From: a virus
Strand: one strand, 5' to 3'
Virus record (IMG/VR): IMGVR_UViG_3300045988_125549
Location: 1-56,646 of that record
DNA length: 56,646 nucleotides
Below, piece after piece: positions 7,592-16,647 of the stretch; the first letter of the stretch is position 1; every line of letters starts with the position of its first letter. The notes beneath the pieces are model-generated. The model was not told where the DNA came from, made no database searches, and was given only the letters and a program-made list of their open reading frames with translations. The position numbers and the translations under genes were made by a program.

Positions 7592-8692
7592 TTACTTGCT
7601 CATATTGTCAAGCTCCTCATCCTCAAGTAATGCTATAACCTGAACAACATTGCCGTTTTCCATTTTAAGCGCATTTTCGTTTCCATAATACAACTTAATT
7701 GTATCTTCCGGATTTGCCTGCACTTGTTCTTTCAACATCTGAATATCCACACAACATACAAACGGCGCAAAGTTATTACTTTCCACATAATTTATTGTTT
7801 CCGTTGAGGCGTCCTTTTTGCTATGAATAATCAGTCCGCTTCTACTGAATGTGAAGTATGCTCCATTCTTGTCGTATGGTTCAATAAAGAGTGAAAGTCT
7901 ATCAAGTACAGATAACAGTAAACTCTTAGGTATCTTGCAAGATGATGTAAATGCTTCATCAAGATATGCTTTTACTTCATTGATTGGAAACTGTTCAATT
8001 TCACTCATTAATGCACCCTTGACAATCTGAGTATCAGTTACGAATGTTATTTCCTCAGGTGTACAGAATACCTTGATATTTTCCTCGGCAAATAATGATA
8101 ACAACTGCATTTGCTGGGCTGAAATAAGTATCGGGAAATCGAAATCAAACATTTTAAACTTGTTGAATGTTATAACATTCGCGTCTGTTGTAACTACAAT
8201 GTCTCCACAATAATATCCAGTCAAAGCCGGGTTTGATAAATCTTTGGAAAGGGCTGATTTATTAATATTGTATGCCTGCAATATGCTTGACAACTTAACC
8301 ATAGACCCTTGCACTGTATCAACCGGAAAATTAGTTACATCATCTGGAAACGATACAAGACCTTCTTCATCTGCAATAAGAGGTATCTTATAAGTTCCGT
8401 TTGACTTCACAAATAATATGTTATCCTTAACTGATAAGTCTATTTCCTCACTGGTTGTTTTGAGGATAAGTTTGCTAAACTTATCAAGGTCAACTGTAAT
8501 ATCCATATCTTCTCCAGCTACTTTGTCAATGATAATACATAATGTATTTGTCATATCTGTCGTGAATAATTGAAGTCTACCATCCACCCACTTTATTCCT
8601 ATCATACCGGTGATGGGAATAAGATTGTTGTTTCCTGCTCCTTTGATTACTTTGTTTACTGCTTCTTTCAGCCTACTTGTTGCTACTTTCAT
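7592..8692 (-). CDS. dnaN: DNA polymerase III beta sliding clamp (DnaN)-like
   Basis: 366 aa. The N-terminus MKVATSRLKEAVNKV...IPITGMIGIKWVDGRLQLFTTDMTN matches the DnaN domain-1 pattern, and the size fits a three-domain clamp. Confidence 0.65.
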   Translation of the reverse strand: MKVATSRLKEAVNKVIKGAGNNNLIPITGMIGIKWVDGRLQLFTTDMTNTLCIIIDKVAGEDMDITVDLDKFSKLILKTTSEEIDLSVKDNILFVKSNGTYKIPLIADEEGLVSFPDDVTNFPVDTVQGSMVKLSSILQAYNINKSALSKDLSNPALTGYYCGDIVVTTDANVITFNKFKMFDFDFPILISAQQMQLLSLFAEENIKVFCTPEEITFVTDTQIVKGALMSEIEQFPINEVKAYLDEAFTSSCKIPKSLLLSVLDRLSLFIEPYDKNGAYFTFSRSGLIIHSKKDASTETINYVESNNFAPFVCCVDIQMLKEQVQANPEDTIKLYYGNENALKMENGNVVQVIALLEDEELDNMSK

Positions 8693-8694
8693 TT

Positions 8695-9282
8695 TTAATC
8701 CTCCTTTAATTTCATCAAAGAGTAAGCTTCTTTTCTTAATTCAACATTATCTTTGAACTCACCTCTTATAGTGGCTGTTCTTGTCTTAGCTCCCCTGCTC
8801 TTGATACCTCTTGCGGTCATACAACTATGTTCTCCTTGTACAACTACTAGCACATCATTTGAACCTGTTGCCATCTGTACAATCTCGGCAATGTCTGAAC
8901 CTATTCTTTCCTGAAGTTGTAATCGCTTTCCAACCATGTCAGCAATACGAGCAAATTTGCTTAATCCTAATACTTTACCATTAGGTATATAAGCGATAGA
9001 AACAGTCATGTTATACATAAGAGCTAAATGATGTTCACAATAACTAAATATTGGTATATCCTGTACGACAACTAAATCATTATTATCTGTGTCAAAGCAT
9101 TTACAGAATTTATCCGCAATTTCCATATTTGTATAATTCATACCTTCAAACACTTCTTCGTACATTTTTGCAACTCTTTTAGGTGTGTCTACCAGTCCCG
9201 GTCTATCCGGGTCATCACCTAAAGCGACCAATATTTCCTTAATTGCCTTTTCTATTCTATTCTTGTCAATCATACCAATCAA
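8695..9282 (-). CDS. folE: GTP cyclohydrolase I (FolE)
   Basis: [20 protein letters not shown] and QERIG... are typical FolE motifs. Confidence 0.85.
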   Translation of the reverse strand: MIGMIDKNRIEKAIKEILVALGDDPDRPGLVDTPKRVAKMYEEVFEGMNYTNMEIADKFCKCFDTDNNDLVVVQDIPIFSYCEHHLALMYNMTVSIAYIPNGKVLGLSKFARIADMVGKRLQLQERIGSDIAEIVQMATGSNDVLVVVQGEHSCMTARGIKSRGAKTRTATIRGEFKDNVELRKEAYSLMKLKED

Positions 9283-9923
9283 ACTCCTTTCTTATTTGGG
9301 TCCCATATAATCTTGTGTAGTTGAACCTGTACTTTACAATCATACATTTTATGCGATAGTAAAAACTTTACTATTTCCTTAGGTTCAATTTCACCAAATA
9401 CGGGGCTAAAATATATCTGTGCTTTTGGTTCATATTGTTCGATAACTTGTAGTGCCTTATCCAAATCTTGCGAACTACCTACAACAAATTTAAGTACATC
9501 GTTTTTTCTTAATAATTCCATATTGCGTAACTCCATATTATTCTCCATACCACTTGATGGACATTTATAGTCCATAGTAAAGAATAAAAGTGGATTTATT
9601 GGAAATTTTCCGATGTATTGTGAACCATTAGTTTCAATATTCACCCAATAACCTTTATTCAATAATATTTCTATGAGCTTATTAATACCTGGATGTACTA
9701 AAGGTTCTCCTCCAGTTATTGTCACTGACTTAATACCCACTCTGTCTACGATTTCAATAACTTCTTCAATACTCAGTATTGAATATCCTTCTCCTTCGCA
9801 CCCATATCTTGTGTCACAATAAGAGCAATTCAAATTACATCCAAATAATCTTATGAAGGTGGTAGGTAAGCCAGCTCGCTTACCTTCACCATCAATGCTT
9901 TTAAATATTTCTACTACTTTCAT
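9279..9923 (-). CDS. queE: 7-carboxy-7-deazaguanine synthase (QueE), radical SAM
   Basis: [10 protein letters not shown] and [10 protein letters not shown] form the CxxxCxxC cluster. The 4-nt overlap with folE implies coupling. Confidence 0.85.
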   Translation of the reverse strand: MKVVEIFKSIDGEGKRAGLPTTFIRLFGCNLNCSYCDTRYGCEGEGYSILSIEEVIEIVDRVGIKSVTITGGEPLVHPGINKLIEILLNKGYWVNIETNGSQYIGKFPINPLLFFTMDYKCPSSGMENNMELRNMELLRKNDVLKFVVGSSQDLDKALQVIEQYEPKAQIYFSPVFGEIEPKEIVKFLLSHKMYDCKVQVQLHKIIWDPNKKGV

Positions 9924-9925
9924 TT

Positions 9926-10279
9926 TTAATCCTCCACATAAATAGCAATGTTACCTTCGCTCTCTTGAACTTCTACTTTGTAACAACTTCCAACCTCACA
10001 AATAGCTGAAACTCTCTTACATATCCATTTTGCCATATTCTCAGCAGTTGGATTAAGAGGATACACAACATCATTAATACAAGCATGGTCTAACTTATCG
10101 TGTATCTCTTTTTTAATTTTTGTAAAATCTACAATCATTCCATAATCAGTGAGCTTATCCGATTTACAATGAACAGTAACTATCCAATTATGCCCGTGTA
10201 GTTTCTCGCACTTGCTGTCGTAAGGAAGCTGTAAACTGTGAGCTCCTGCAATTTCCATTCTTTTTGATACATAGTACAT
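9926..10279 (-). CDS. queD: 6-carboxy-5,6,7,8-tetrahydropterin synthase (QueD)
   Basis: AGAHSL...CEKLHGHNW is the QueD/PTPS motif. The start was moved to MYYVSK, which is preceded by GAGGAGG. Confidence 0.8.
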   Translation of the reverse strand: MYYVSKRMEIAGAHSLQLPYDSKCEKLHGHNWIVTVHCKSDKLTDYGMIVDFTKIKKEIHDKLDHACINDVVYPLNPTAENMAKWICKRVSAICEVGSCYKVEVQESEGNIAIYVED

Positions 10280-10283
10280 TTCT

Positions 10284-10988
10284 TTAATCCTCCTCGTATT
10301 CAATAGGGTCTTTGACACCATTAGCCTCAAAAGCATGTCTTCTATCTATGCAGGTACCACATTTACCACAAGCCTTATCTCCACCGTGATAACAACTCCA
10401 AGTCAATTCATATGGTACATTTAAAGCTAATCCAGTTCTAACCACGTTAGATTTATTCATATGAATAAGGGGCCTATTAACATGAATTTTGCCATAAGTT
10501 CCAATATTAATTGCCTTATCCATAGCATCTGCAAATTCTGGAGAACAGTCCGCATAAGCTTCTCCTGCGGCATCATCCGCATGAGCCCCATAGAACACTT
10601 CTACTTCCTCTCCTGGGAAAAGACTATCCGCAAAAGCTGTTGCAATGGATAGTAATAATCCATTTCTGAAAGGTACATAAGTACCAACACGACCTTCTCC
10701 ATTCTTCTCAATCTGCTCCGCATAACTCATGTCTAAAATTTCATCCTTAGAACCTTTAACAAGTGAACAAACCTCTCCAGCATATTTCATAACATTAGAA
10801 ATATCTTCTTCAATATGTCTAACACCATAATATTCTGCTATCTTCTTAGCACACTGTAATTCTTTATCATGCTTCTGACCATAATATAAAGAAGCTGTTA
10901 TAACATTGTCTTTACCATACTTATCCACGGCTATTGCTACGCATGTTGTGGAATCCACACCACCTGAATTTAATACTAATGCTTTCAT
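10284..10988 (-). CDS. queC: 7-cyano-7-deazaguanine (preQ0) synthase (QueC)
   Basis: The LNSGGVDSTTC PP-loop and the C-terminal Zn cluster CYHGG..ACGKCGTC are present. The size is that of plain QueC, with no fused amidotransferase domain. Confidence 0.85.
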   Translation of the reverse strand: MKALVLNSGGVDSTTCVAIAVDKYGKDNVITASLYYGQKHDKELQCAKKIAEYYGVRHIEEDISNVMKYAGEVCSLVKGSKDEILDMSYAEQIEKNGEGRVGTYVPFRNGLLLSIATAFADSLFPGEEVEVFYGAHADDAAGEAYADCSPEFADAMDKAINIGTYGKIHVNRPLIHMNKSNVVRTGLALNVPYELTWSCYHGGDKACGKCGTCIDRRHAFEANGVKDPIEYEED

Positions 10989-11001
10989 ATATTTTTCCTC
11001 C

Positions 11002-11466
11002 TTAATAAATGATTTTCTTCATTCCGGCATACTGGTCATATAAATCTAAACCTTCTTCCGTTGTACAAGATTCTAAATCTAATACATCCGGATTTCCATT
11101 TTTTATATAATCGTAAATGAAATCATCTCGAAATCCAATATCCTCTGCTTGTTTTACATCATTACAGTAATACACTTTTTTAATGTTAGCCCATATGATA
11201 GCAGATAAACACATAGGGCAAGGATATCCGGTAGCATACAATTCACATCCAGTTAAATCGTAAGTTCCTAATTTTTTACACGCTTTCCTAATAGCATTTA
11301 TCTCTGCATGTGCCGTTGGGTCATTATCCATCAATACTGTATTGCTAGCTATGGAAATAAGTTTTCCATCCTTAACAATGGTGGCCCCAAATGGACCTCC
11401 CATATCAAGATTCATAGTAACACAAGCTTCAGCCACTGCTAAATTCATATAATCTACACTTTTCAT
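11002..11466 (-). CDS. guaD: CDA-fold guanine deaminase (B. subtilis GuaD type)
   Basis: GGPFGATIVKDG, NDPTAHAEINAIRKACKKLG, PCPMCLSAIIWA, GFRDDFIY and a C-terminal Tyr track the GuaD sequence as I remember it. Confidence 0.7.
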   Translation of the reverse strand: MKSVDYMNLAVAEACVTMNLDMGGPFGATIVKDGKLISIASNTVLMDNDPTAHAEINAIRKACKKLGTYDLTGCELYATGYPCPMCLSAIIWANIKKVYYCNDVKQAEDIGFRDDFIYDYIKNGNPDVLDLESCTTEEGLDLYDQYAGMKKIIY

Positions 11467-11572
11467 AATATACCTCCAAATTTTGTTTTTTAAATACTTA
11501 ATATTATATGAGATAATAAAAACAAGGGCATCTAGGTTTATTCATTATGGTATCCTCACTTTCCAAGTAAAT

Positions 11573-12085
11573 TTAAGACAAAAGTTCATGAATAAGATTG
11601 ATGTAATCGTCTTCATAACTTATAAAGTAATGAACCGGTAAATAATATTTATATCCATCTTTATATAACAAATACTGATTTTTTACAGTCTTTACGCGAA
11701 CTTCTATGGTCTTCTTTCGTGGATAAATTTCGGCTATTGTTTTTCCATCTTTCCTAATTTTATAACATCGAACAGAAGCACACCAGCAATTCTCAAACGT
11801 GTTTGTGATATAGGAAACTAATGTCTCCAAATTTTCATTTTTATTTAAAGAAGGTATCTTCTTTTCTTCTTTTTCCATACAAGAATTTGAGGTTTTTTCC
11901 TTTACCTCTGAGGTTTTTTCCTTTGCCTCTGGAGTCCACCAGCGTTTAAGTGTAGAAGAAGTAATACACACTGTTTTATTTACTTTATCACCACTCAAAT
12001 ATTTTAAAATAACAGTTTTTCGTAAATCATCTCTCTCGACTTCCTCTGCAATTATTTCTTCATTTCGCTTATACCTATATACCAT
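11573..12085 (-). CDS. Hypothetical protein (170 aa)
   Basis: Its own promoter lies upstream. It has an internal EVKEKTS x2 repeat and no motif I can name. Confidence 0.6.
   Translation of the reverse strand: MVYRYKRNEEIIAEEVERDDLRKTVILKYLSGDKVNKTVCITSSTLKRWWTPEAKEKTSEVKEKTSNSCMEKEEKKIPSLNKNENLETLVSYITNTFENCWCASVRCYKIRKDGKTIAEIYPRKKTIEVRVKTVKNQYLLYKDGYKYYLPVHYFISYEDDYINLIHELLS
11888..11929. repeat. 21-bp tandem duplication inside the CDS
   Basis: tgaggttttttcctttacctc / tgaggttttttcctttgcctc, differing by one mismatch. Confidence 0.9.
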
Positions 12086-12142
12086 TGTACATTCACCTTT
12101 AAGAATTTTATTAAATTCTTCCTTTCTTTATTTTGTAACTAT

Positions 12143-12171
12143 ACAATAACATATTGTGATACATATGTCAA
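12143..12171 (-). promoter_or_regulatory. Sigma-70/SigA-type promoter (-35 TTGACA, 17 nt, TGn -10 TATTGT)
   Basis: The minus strand reads TTGACATATGTATCACAATATGTTATTGT, the same family as 50192-50220 and 51698-51726. Confidence 0.6.
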
Positions 12172-12177
12172 GCACTT

Positions 12178-13095
12178 TTAAAAAAGTTTTTTCCGGAACA
12201 TAGTTTTTTTCCGTATATTTGTTAAAGAATCACTTTTTTTCTGCATATACATTGCATTAAATAATATACGGCTATTCGGTGTTTCCGATAGCTCTTCCAG
12301 AGTAAACCCAAATTCTCCTATGTATTCCAGTATAGGGGATAACTGACTAGCGGGTATGTGAGAAAAATGTTGAGGGTCACCTTTATAATTGTTAGAAACC
12401 GGTATAACACCAAAATCCGTCATGATATTACCCATAGCACCCACCATTATCCAGCTCGTGCTATCCGCCGAAGATATAGGATATTGAGATAATAAAGAAA
12501 AATCTGTCATACCAAAAGCATGGACTTGTACATCAGGGTTATTAGAATTTTTGATAATACTAAATACTTTCTCCAAAAATATATCCCGTACATGACGAGG
12601 TTTCCCTACCATACCCCCCAAAGCTATATAAGGAATTTTTTTTCCATTATCATCTATCCAGTCTAGGGCATTTTGTAAAAATCGAAAAGGTTCACCAACA
12701 TGAAAAGTATATAACAAAGACTCGGGAGTTTTTAATCGTTTCCTCATGAATAAATAATTATCCCAGGTGGCCGAACCTGCCCTACAAACTTCTTCGGCAG
12801 AAGCCCCGAAAATCCTATCCCCTGGGATAGAATCTAATTGGCCGAATAAATGCAAATATTTTGAATTTTCATTTAACCAATCTATATATTGTTTCACACT
12901 AATAGAATGTCCCTTTGTCCAAGCACTAAAAGCGCCGGAGTCTACGAACATTTTTCCTTCAAATCCCCTATTTATATAACGTCGGAAAGACGATTTATCA
13001 TTCAAATAACTATATAGTCTATTATGCTTATTAGATATAATCCACTCATCCGCTTCAGGTACAGAGCTACCCGCAAAATATAATTCAAATGACAT
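12178..13095 (-). CDS. dpdA: DpdA-like DNA guanine transglycosylase (TGT superfamily)
   Basis: FVDSGAFS, ALGGMVG and SSADSTSW are the motifs I associate with phage DpdA/TGT-like enzymes. The start MSFELYF overlaps the polymerase stop. Confidence 0.7.
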   Translation of the reverse strand: MSFELYFAGSSVPEADEWIISNKHNRLYSYLNDKSSFRRYINRGFEGKMFVDSGAFSAWTKGHSISVKQYIDWLNENSKYLHLFGQLDSIPGDRIFGASAEEVCRAGSATWDNYLFMRKRLKTPESLLYTFHVGEPFRFLQNALDWIDDNGKKIPYIALGGMVGKPRHVRDIFLEKVFSIIKNSNNPDVQVHAFGMTDFSLLSQYPISSADSTSWIMVGAMGNIMTDFGVIPVSNNYKGDPQHFSHIPASQLSPILEYIGEFGFTLEELSETPNSRILFNAMYMQKKSDSLTNIRKKTMFRKKLF

Positions 13096-13096
13096 A

Positions 13097-15358
13097 TTAT
13101 AAAATCTCCTTTTTCTCACCATACCAGTTATTTGTGAAATCTACATCACACTTGAATGGTAATTTAATCAAATGACTAGGTGCTGTTCTCATAAGATATG
13201 AAAGTCTTTCACCGGCTTCCTTTGCATTTTCGATTGGACATTCTCCAATTACCTCGTCATGGACTTGTATAAGTAAATGGAAATCAAGCTCTTTCATTCT
13301 TTCATCATTATTTATTGCAATCATAGTCAGCTTTGTTATATCTGCCGCCGAACCTTGTACTCGTGCATTTACACATTGTCTTTCAGCCCGTGCAATAAAT
13401 CCACCATTATCTTTAATCTTAATTCCTTGTGATAATGCTTGCTGTATGATTTGATTTTTCTGTTGCCAACCTCTACAAGTTTTCAGTAATTCAGTATATC
13501 GCTTTTGTTCTGATATAGGAACCTCTAATGATACCACACTACCGAACGCAAGCGGGTCAAAGTTGGTAACCTTATCAGTGTACGAAAATTCATATGGCTG
13601 TAATTGCATATCCTTTAAGTGCCTACGTCTGCCCCAAGCCGTTGTAACATAACCTTCAGTCCTCGCCATATTTTGTGAATCCTCAATAAACTTGCCAAGT
13701 GCCGGGAATGATGATATAACCTTATCATATATTGCTTGAGCTTCCTTAGTGGTTACTCCAAGCTGTTCCGCTATTGAAGGAATCTGTCGTCCGTATAAGA
13801 TACCTAATACAATGCTTTTTGCTCGACTTCTTCTTTCTTTGCCGTCTGGGTTCACCGTACCGTCCTCTCTGAACTCTTTGCACTCTTCATAAAGCTTATG
13901 GAAAGCAAGTGCCGCTATTGTTGCATATATATCTTTCCCATTTATAAATGCTTCTTGCATTTTTTTGTCATTTGATAAATGAGCCGTAACCATAGGCTCC
14001 TGCTGACTGAAATCAGAACCTATAAGTACATATCCGTCTTGTGCCTTAAACATCTGTCTAATATCTTTATTATGTGAAGGAATATTCTGTAAGTTAGGGT
14101 CAGATGAACTAAATCTTCCGGTTTTAGCTCCATACTGATTGAAACTTGCGTGTATTCTTCCATCCGATAAAGCTATGTCAGGCATTTTATCCACATAAGT
14201 GCTTAATAATTTATCAACATTACGCATATCAAGAATTGCTTCGCATAATGCCTTATGTTTTCCTTGTGCAAAATGCCTTAAAATTTCTTCTCCAGTTCCT
14301 CTAGGTGCTTTTTTATCCGGGCTTTCCAATCCCAAAATATCATAGAATAATATTGCAAGCTGTGTCGGACTTGATAAGGATATAGGGTCTGACAATTTAT
14401 TATTCGGATTTTTCATCTTGTAATTATCAATTTCATCCTTATACATTGCTATTGCTTCATCAGCCTGCTTTTGTCTTTCTTCTTTTAGCTTATGATATTT
14501 TTCGTGTAGATTTTTACAAACATCAAAATCAAGACACACACCTCTATCTTCCATATCAGCTACAACGGAAATCAAAGGCATTTCAATATTCCAAAATACA
14601 TTATATGGACCGGAAAGAACTCGTCTGTTTAATAAGGTTTTTTGATACTCATATAATTCATATGTCTTAATTGGGTCACCTGCCGCATATAAATAAGCTG
14701 TTGAAATCGGAACATTATCGAAAGTCACACCGCCAAACAATGTATCGAATGTCAAACTTTCAATATCCTTGCTATTGCAGTATTTTAAATGCAAGTCTTT
14801 CAATCTGTGACTTTCTTCCTCATCTATGCAATATGCCGCTAACATTGTATCCCAATAAGGTTTGAAATCAATTCCAAGTGTTTTCCGGCATACTCTTATA
14901 TCGTATTTTGCATTATGAAAAATCCATCTAATATCATTATGAAATTCTTTCATAATCTTTGATACTGTCTGTTCATCCAACTGGTCTTTAGTTCTTGTAC
15001 CGGTGATATATGATTTATGATTGATTGGAATATATGCCGATTTCTGTCCCGGTGTGTAAATACATCCGCCTACTATGTCAACTAATAATGGATTTAATCC
15101 AGTTGTTTCAGTATCAAGCGCACCCTCTCCGACTTGCTTCATTTCCTTCATATATTCATATAACTGGTCTGATTCTCTTATAAGAATATAGTCATCTTTA
15201 TGTATTGCTAATTTCGTATCGGCTATTGCAACCATAGAGTTTATTTGGGCGGCAAGATTATTTCCACCGCCCTTAATAACTGTCTTTGTGATTGCTGTTT
15301 TGGATTTTTTGACTAGATTCTTATCTGTGTCACTTTGTCGTGCAAAAGATAAAGCCAT
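13097..15358 (-). CDS. polA: Family A DNA polymerase (Pol I-like) with 3'-5' exonuclease domain
   Basis: Exo I LDTETTGL, motif A GSDFSQQEP, motif B RSRAKSIVLGILYG and motif C QVHDE. The start was moved to MALSFA (AGGAG RBS). Confidence 0.9.
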   Translation of the reverse strand: MALSFARQSDTDKNLVKKSKTAITKTVIKGGGNNLAAQINSMVAIADTKLAIHKDDYILIRESDQLYEYMKEMKQVGEGALDTETTGLNPLLVDIVGGCIYTPGQKSAYIPINHKSYITGTRTKDQLDEQTVSKIMKEFHNDIRWIFHNAKYDIRVCRKTLGIDFKPYWDTMLAAYCIDEEESHRLKDLHLKYCNSKDIESLTFDTLFGGVTFDNVPISTAYLYAAGDPIKTYELYEYQKTLLNRRVLSGPYNVFWNIEMPLISVVADMEDRGVCLDFDVCKNLHEKYHKLKEERQKQADEAIAMYKDEIDNYKMKNPNNKLSDPISLSSPTQLAILFYDILGLESPDKKAPRGTGEEILRHFAQGKHKALCEAILDMRNVDKLLSTYVDKMPDIALSDGRIHASFNQYGAKTGRFSSSDPNLQNIPSHNKDIRQMFKAQDGYVLIGSDFSQQEPMVTAHLSNDKKMQEAFINGKDIYATIAALAFHKLYEECKEFREDGTVNPDGKERRSRAKSIVLGILYGRQIPSIAEQLGVTTKEAQAIYDKVISSFPALGKFIEDSQNMARTEGYVTTAWGRRRHLKDMQLQPYEFSYTDKVTNFDPLAFGSVVSLEVPISEQKRYTELLKTCRGWQQKNQIIQQALSQGIKIKDNGGFIARAERQCVNARVQGSAADITKLTMIAINNDERMKELDFHLLIQVHDEVIGECPIENAKEAGERLSYLMRTAPSHLIKLPFKCDVDFTNNWYGEKKEIL

Positions 15359-15393
15359 TTTAACTCTCCTAACATAAATCAATTAATTTCATA

Positions 15394-16056
15394 TTACATA
15401 CCTACCCTTCTACTGGCTCTGCTCGTTGTACCTCTTCTCGGAAGTGGTTCTGTATTTCTTCTACGACTTTCAACTTCATTCTCACCATTCTGGTTAGATG
15501 TTTCCGGAAATGCACCAGTATCAAGATATGTCTGCATTTCATCAGGTGTTTTATCAAGAATAAAACTTCCCATAAATTCCGGCTTTTCAACTTCTGATAA
15601 GTCAACTGGCTCTATATTCGGCATAGGGAATATTTCATATGTTGTTTTCTTATCGCCTTTTGCACCTCTACGCTCAATCTCAAATACTGTATTCGAGAAA
15701 TCCGGGTATCTGTTGCAAAGTGCCTCAATTTTCTTTTTGAATGTTTTTCCGCGTTCCCATATCTTAACTTTACCATCCGAATGGTCGTACATTGAGAGCA
15801 TTAATACCGGCTTAATTTCAAATCCTGCTGCACAAAACGGACAAGCGTCCAACGGCATATCATAATCACGTTTACAATCGACATACCTTTCTTTGTCTCC
15901 GACTTGTACTCTGTGACATACAAATGTATCAAGGTCATTATAACCCTCGTTCAAGAACTGCACTCTTGCCACATCTCCGTCATTCTGTAATTTTAACCAC
16001 TCACTTGAATTTGATGAACCGTATTTGTCCATATCGTCTGGATTAATTCTTCCCAT
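15394..16056 (-). CDS. Putative ssDNA-binding protein with a Cys/His zinc site
   Basis: The start was moved to MGRINPDD (AAGGAG RBS). CHRV...CPFCAAG is a possible Zn site, the C-terminal tail is charged, and the gene sits next to the polymerase. Confidence 0.35.
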   Translation of the reverse strand: MGRINPDDMDKYGSSNSSEWLKLQNDGDVARVQFLNEGYNDLDTFVCHRVQVGDKERYVDCKRDYDMPLDACPFCAAGFEIKPVLMLSMYDHSDGKVKIWERGKTFKKKIEALCNRYPDFSNTVFEIERRGAKGDKKTTYEIFPMPNIEPVDLSEVEKPEFMGSFILDKTPDEMQTYLDTGAFPETSNQNGENEVESRRRNTEPLPRRGTTSRASRRVGM

Positions 16057-16110
16057 AATAAAATCTCCTTTTTTCGTGTTTATCGTTTTTATCGTGAACA
16101 TAATGTTCAA

Positions 16111-16138
16111 GGGTAGGTGTGGGAATTGAACCCACACC
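16111..16138 (-). other. Isolated tRNA 3'-half mimic (T-arm plus 3' acceptor strand)
   Basis: The minus strand reads GGTGTGGG-TTCAATT-CCCACACC-TACCC. No matching 5' acceptor strand (GGTAGGT) or D/anticodon arms were found upstream. Confidence 0.5.
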
Positions 16139-16287
16139 TCCACAACAAAATAAAGAAAGTAAATGAATAAAGTAAAACTATTGACCTATTTCTCTGCTTT
16201 ATTTCGGTCAGTCCCAATGTCATCATTCACGTAAATGACCTTAGTTTTATCGTCAGCCGGGAGCTTTGTATCTTGCTAAAGATACGA

Positions 16288-16359
16288 CAGCCCTTGTTGG
16301 ATTCGAACCAACGAATGTGAGAATCAAAATCTCATGCCTTACCACTTGGCTAAAGAGCT
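16288..16359 (-). tRNA. tRNA-Gln (anticodon UUG)
   Basis: Folded by hand: acceptor AGCTCTT/AAGGGCT, D-arm GCCA-AGTGGTA-AGGC, anticodon arm TGAGA-TTTTGAT-TCTCA, T-arm GTTGG-TTCGAAT-CCAAC. CCA is not encoded. Confidence 0.85.
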
Positions 16360-16542
16360 ATAATATAACTTGCATTAATTACCTAACAATCGTCATTGTT
16401 ACCATAGCATAATCAACCTTGTCCATCCTCATTAATGCAAGCTATATCGGAGCTGTAATTTTTCATACTTAGTGAATTATCCTAGGTTCATTCGCTGTTC
16501 TTACTGATTACTTGCTTCTGAGGTAGTCCGTCATACCTCGCT

Positions 16543-16647
16543 TGAGATAGGTGGGATTTGAACCCACGAAGTATTGAATGTTCACAGCTGTTATTCATTC
16601 ACCAGCTCTCTTTGTTTTGCCTGCTTTAACCACTTGCATACTATCCC
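16543..16647 (-). ncRNA. Aberrant 105-nt tRNA-like RNA (canonical acceptor, D and T arms; expanded, non-canonical centre)
   Basis: Acceptor GGGATAG/CTATCTC, D-arm TGCA-AGTGGTTAA-AGCA and T-arm GTGGG-TTCAAAT-CCCAC are present. However, 54 nt lie between the D and T arms, with only an AGCTG/CAGCT hairpin (12-nt loop). Confidence 0.5.

Noticed and set aside
11467-11572. Possible preQ1 riboswitch in the 105-nt leader upstream of the guaD-queC operon
   Set aside because: An A-rich tail next to the RBS (AAAAAACAAAATTTGGAGG) is superficially preQ1-I-like. However, I could not find the required P1 hairpin with the conserved C-containing loop; the only pairing available is a 4-bp A/T stem. An Infernal scan would settle it.
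16111-16138. tRNA 3'-half as an attP core for integration into a host tRNA gene
   Set aside because: I recognise no integrase, excisionase or repressor anywhere in the complete genome, so a lysogeny function is unsupported. The element is kept only as a structural RNA observation.
16057-16143. N-terminal 29-aa extension of ORF 15394-16143
   Set aside because: The extension overlaps the tRNA-like T-arm and has no RBS. The internal ATG at 16056 has a perfect AAGGAG.
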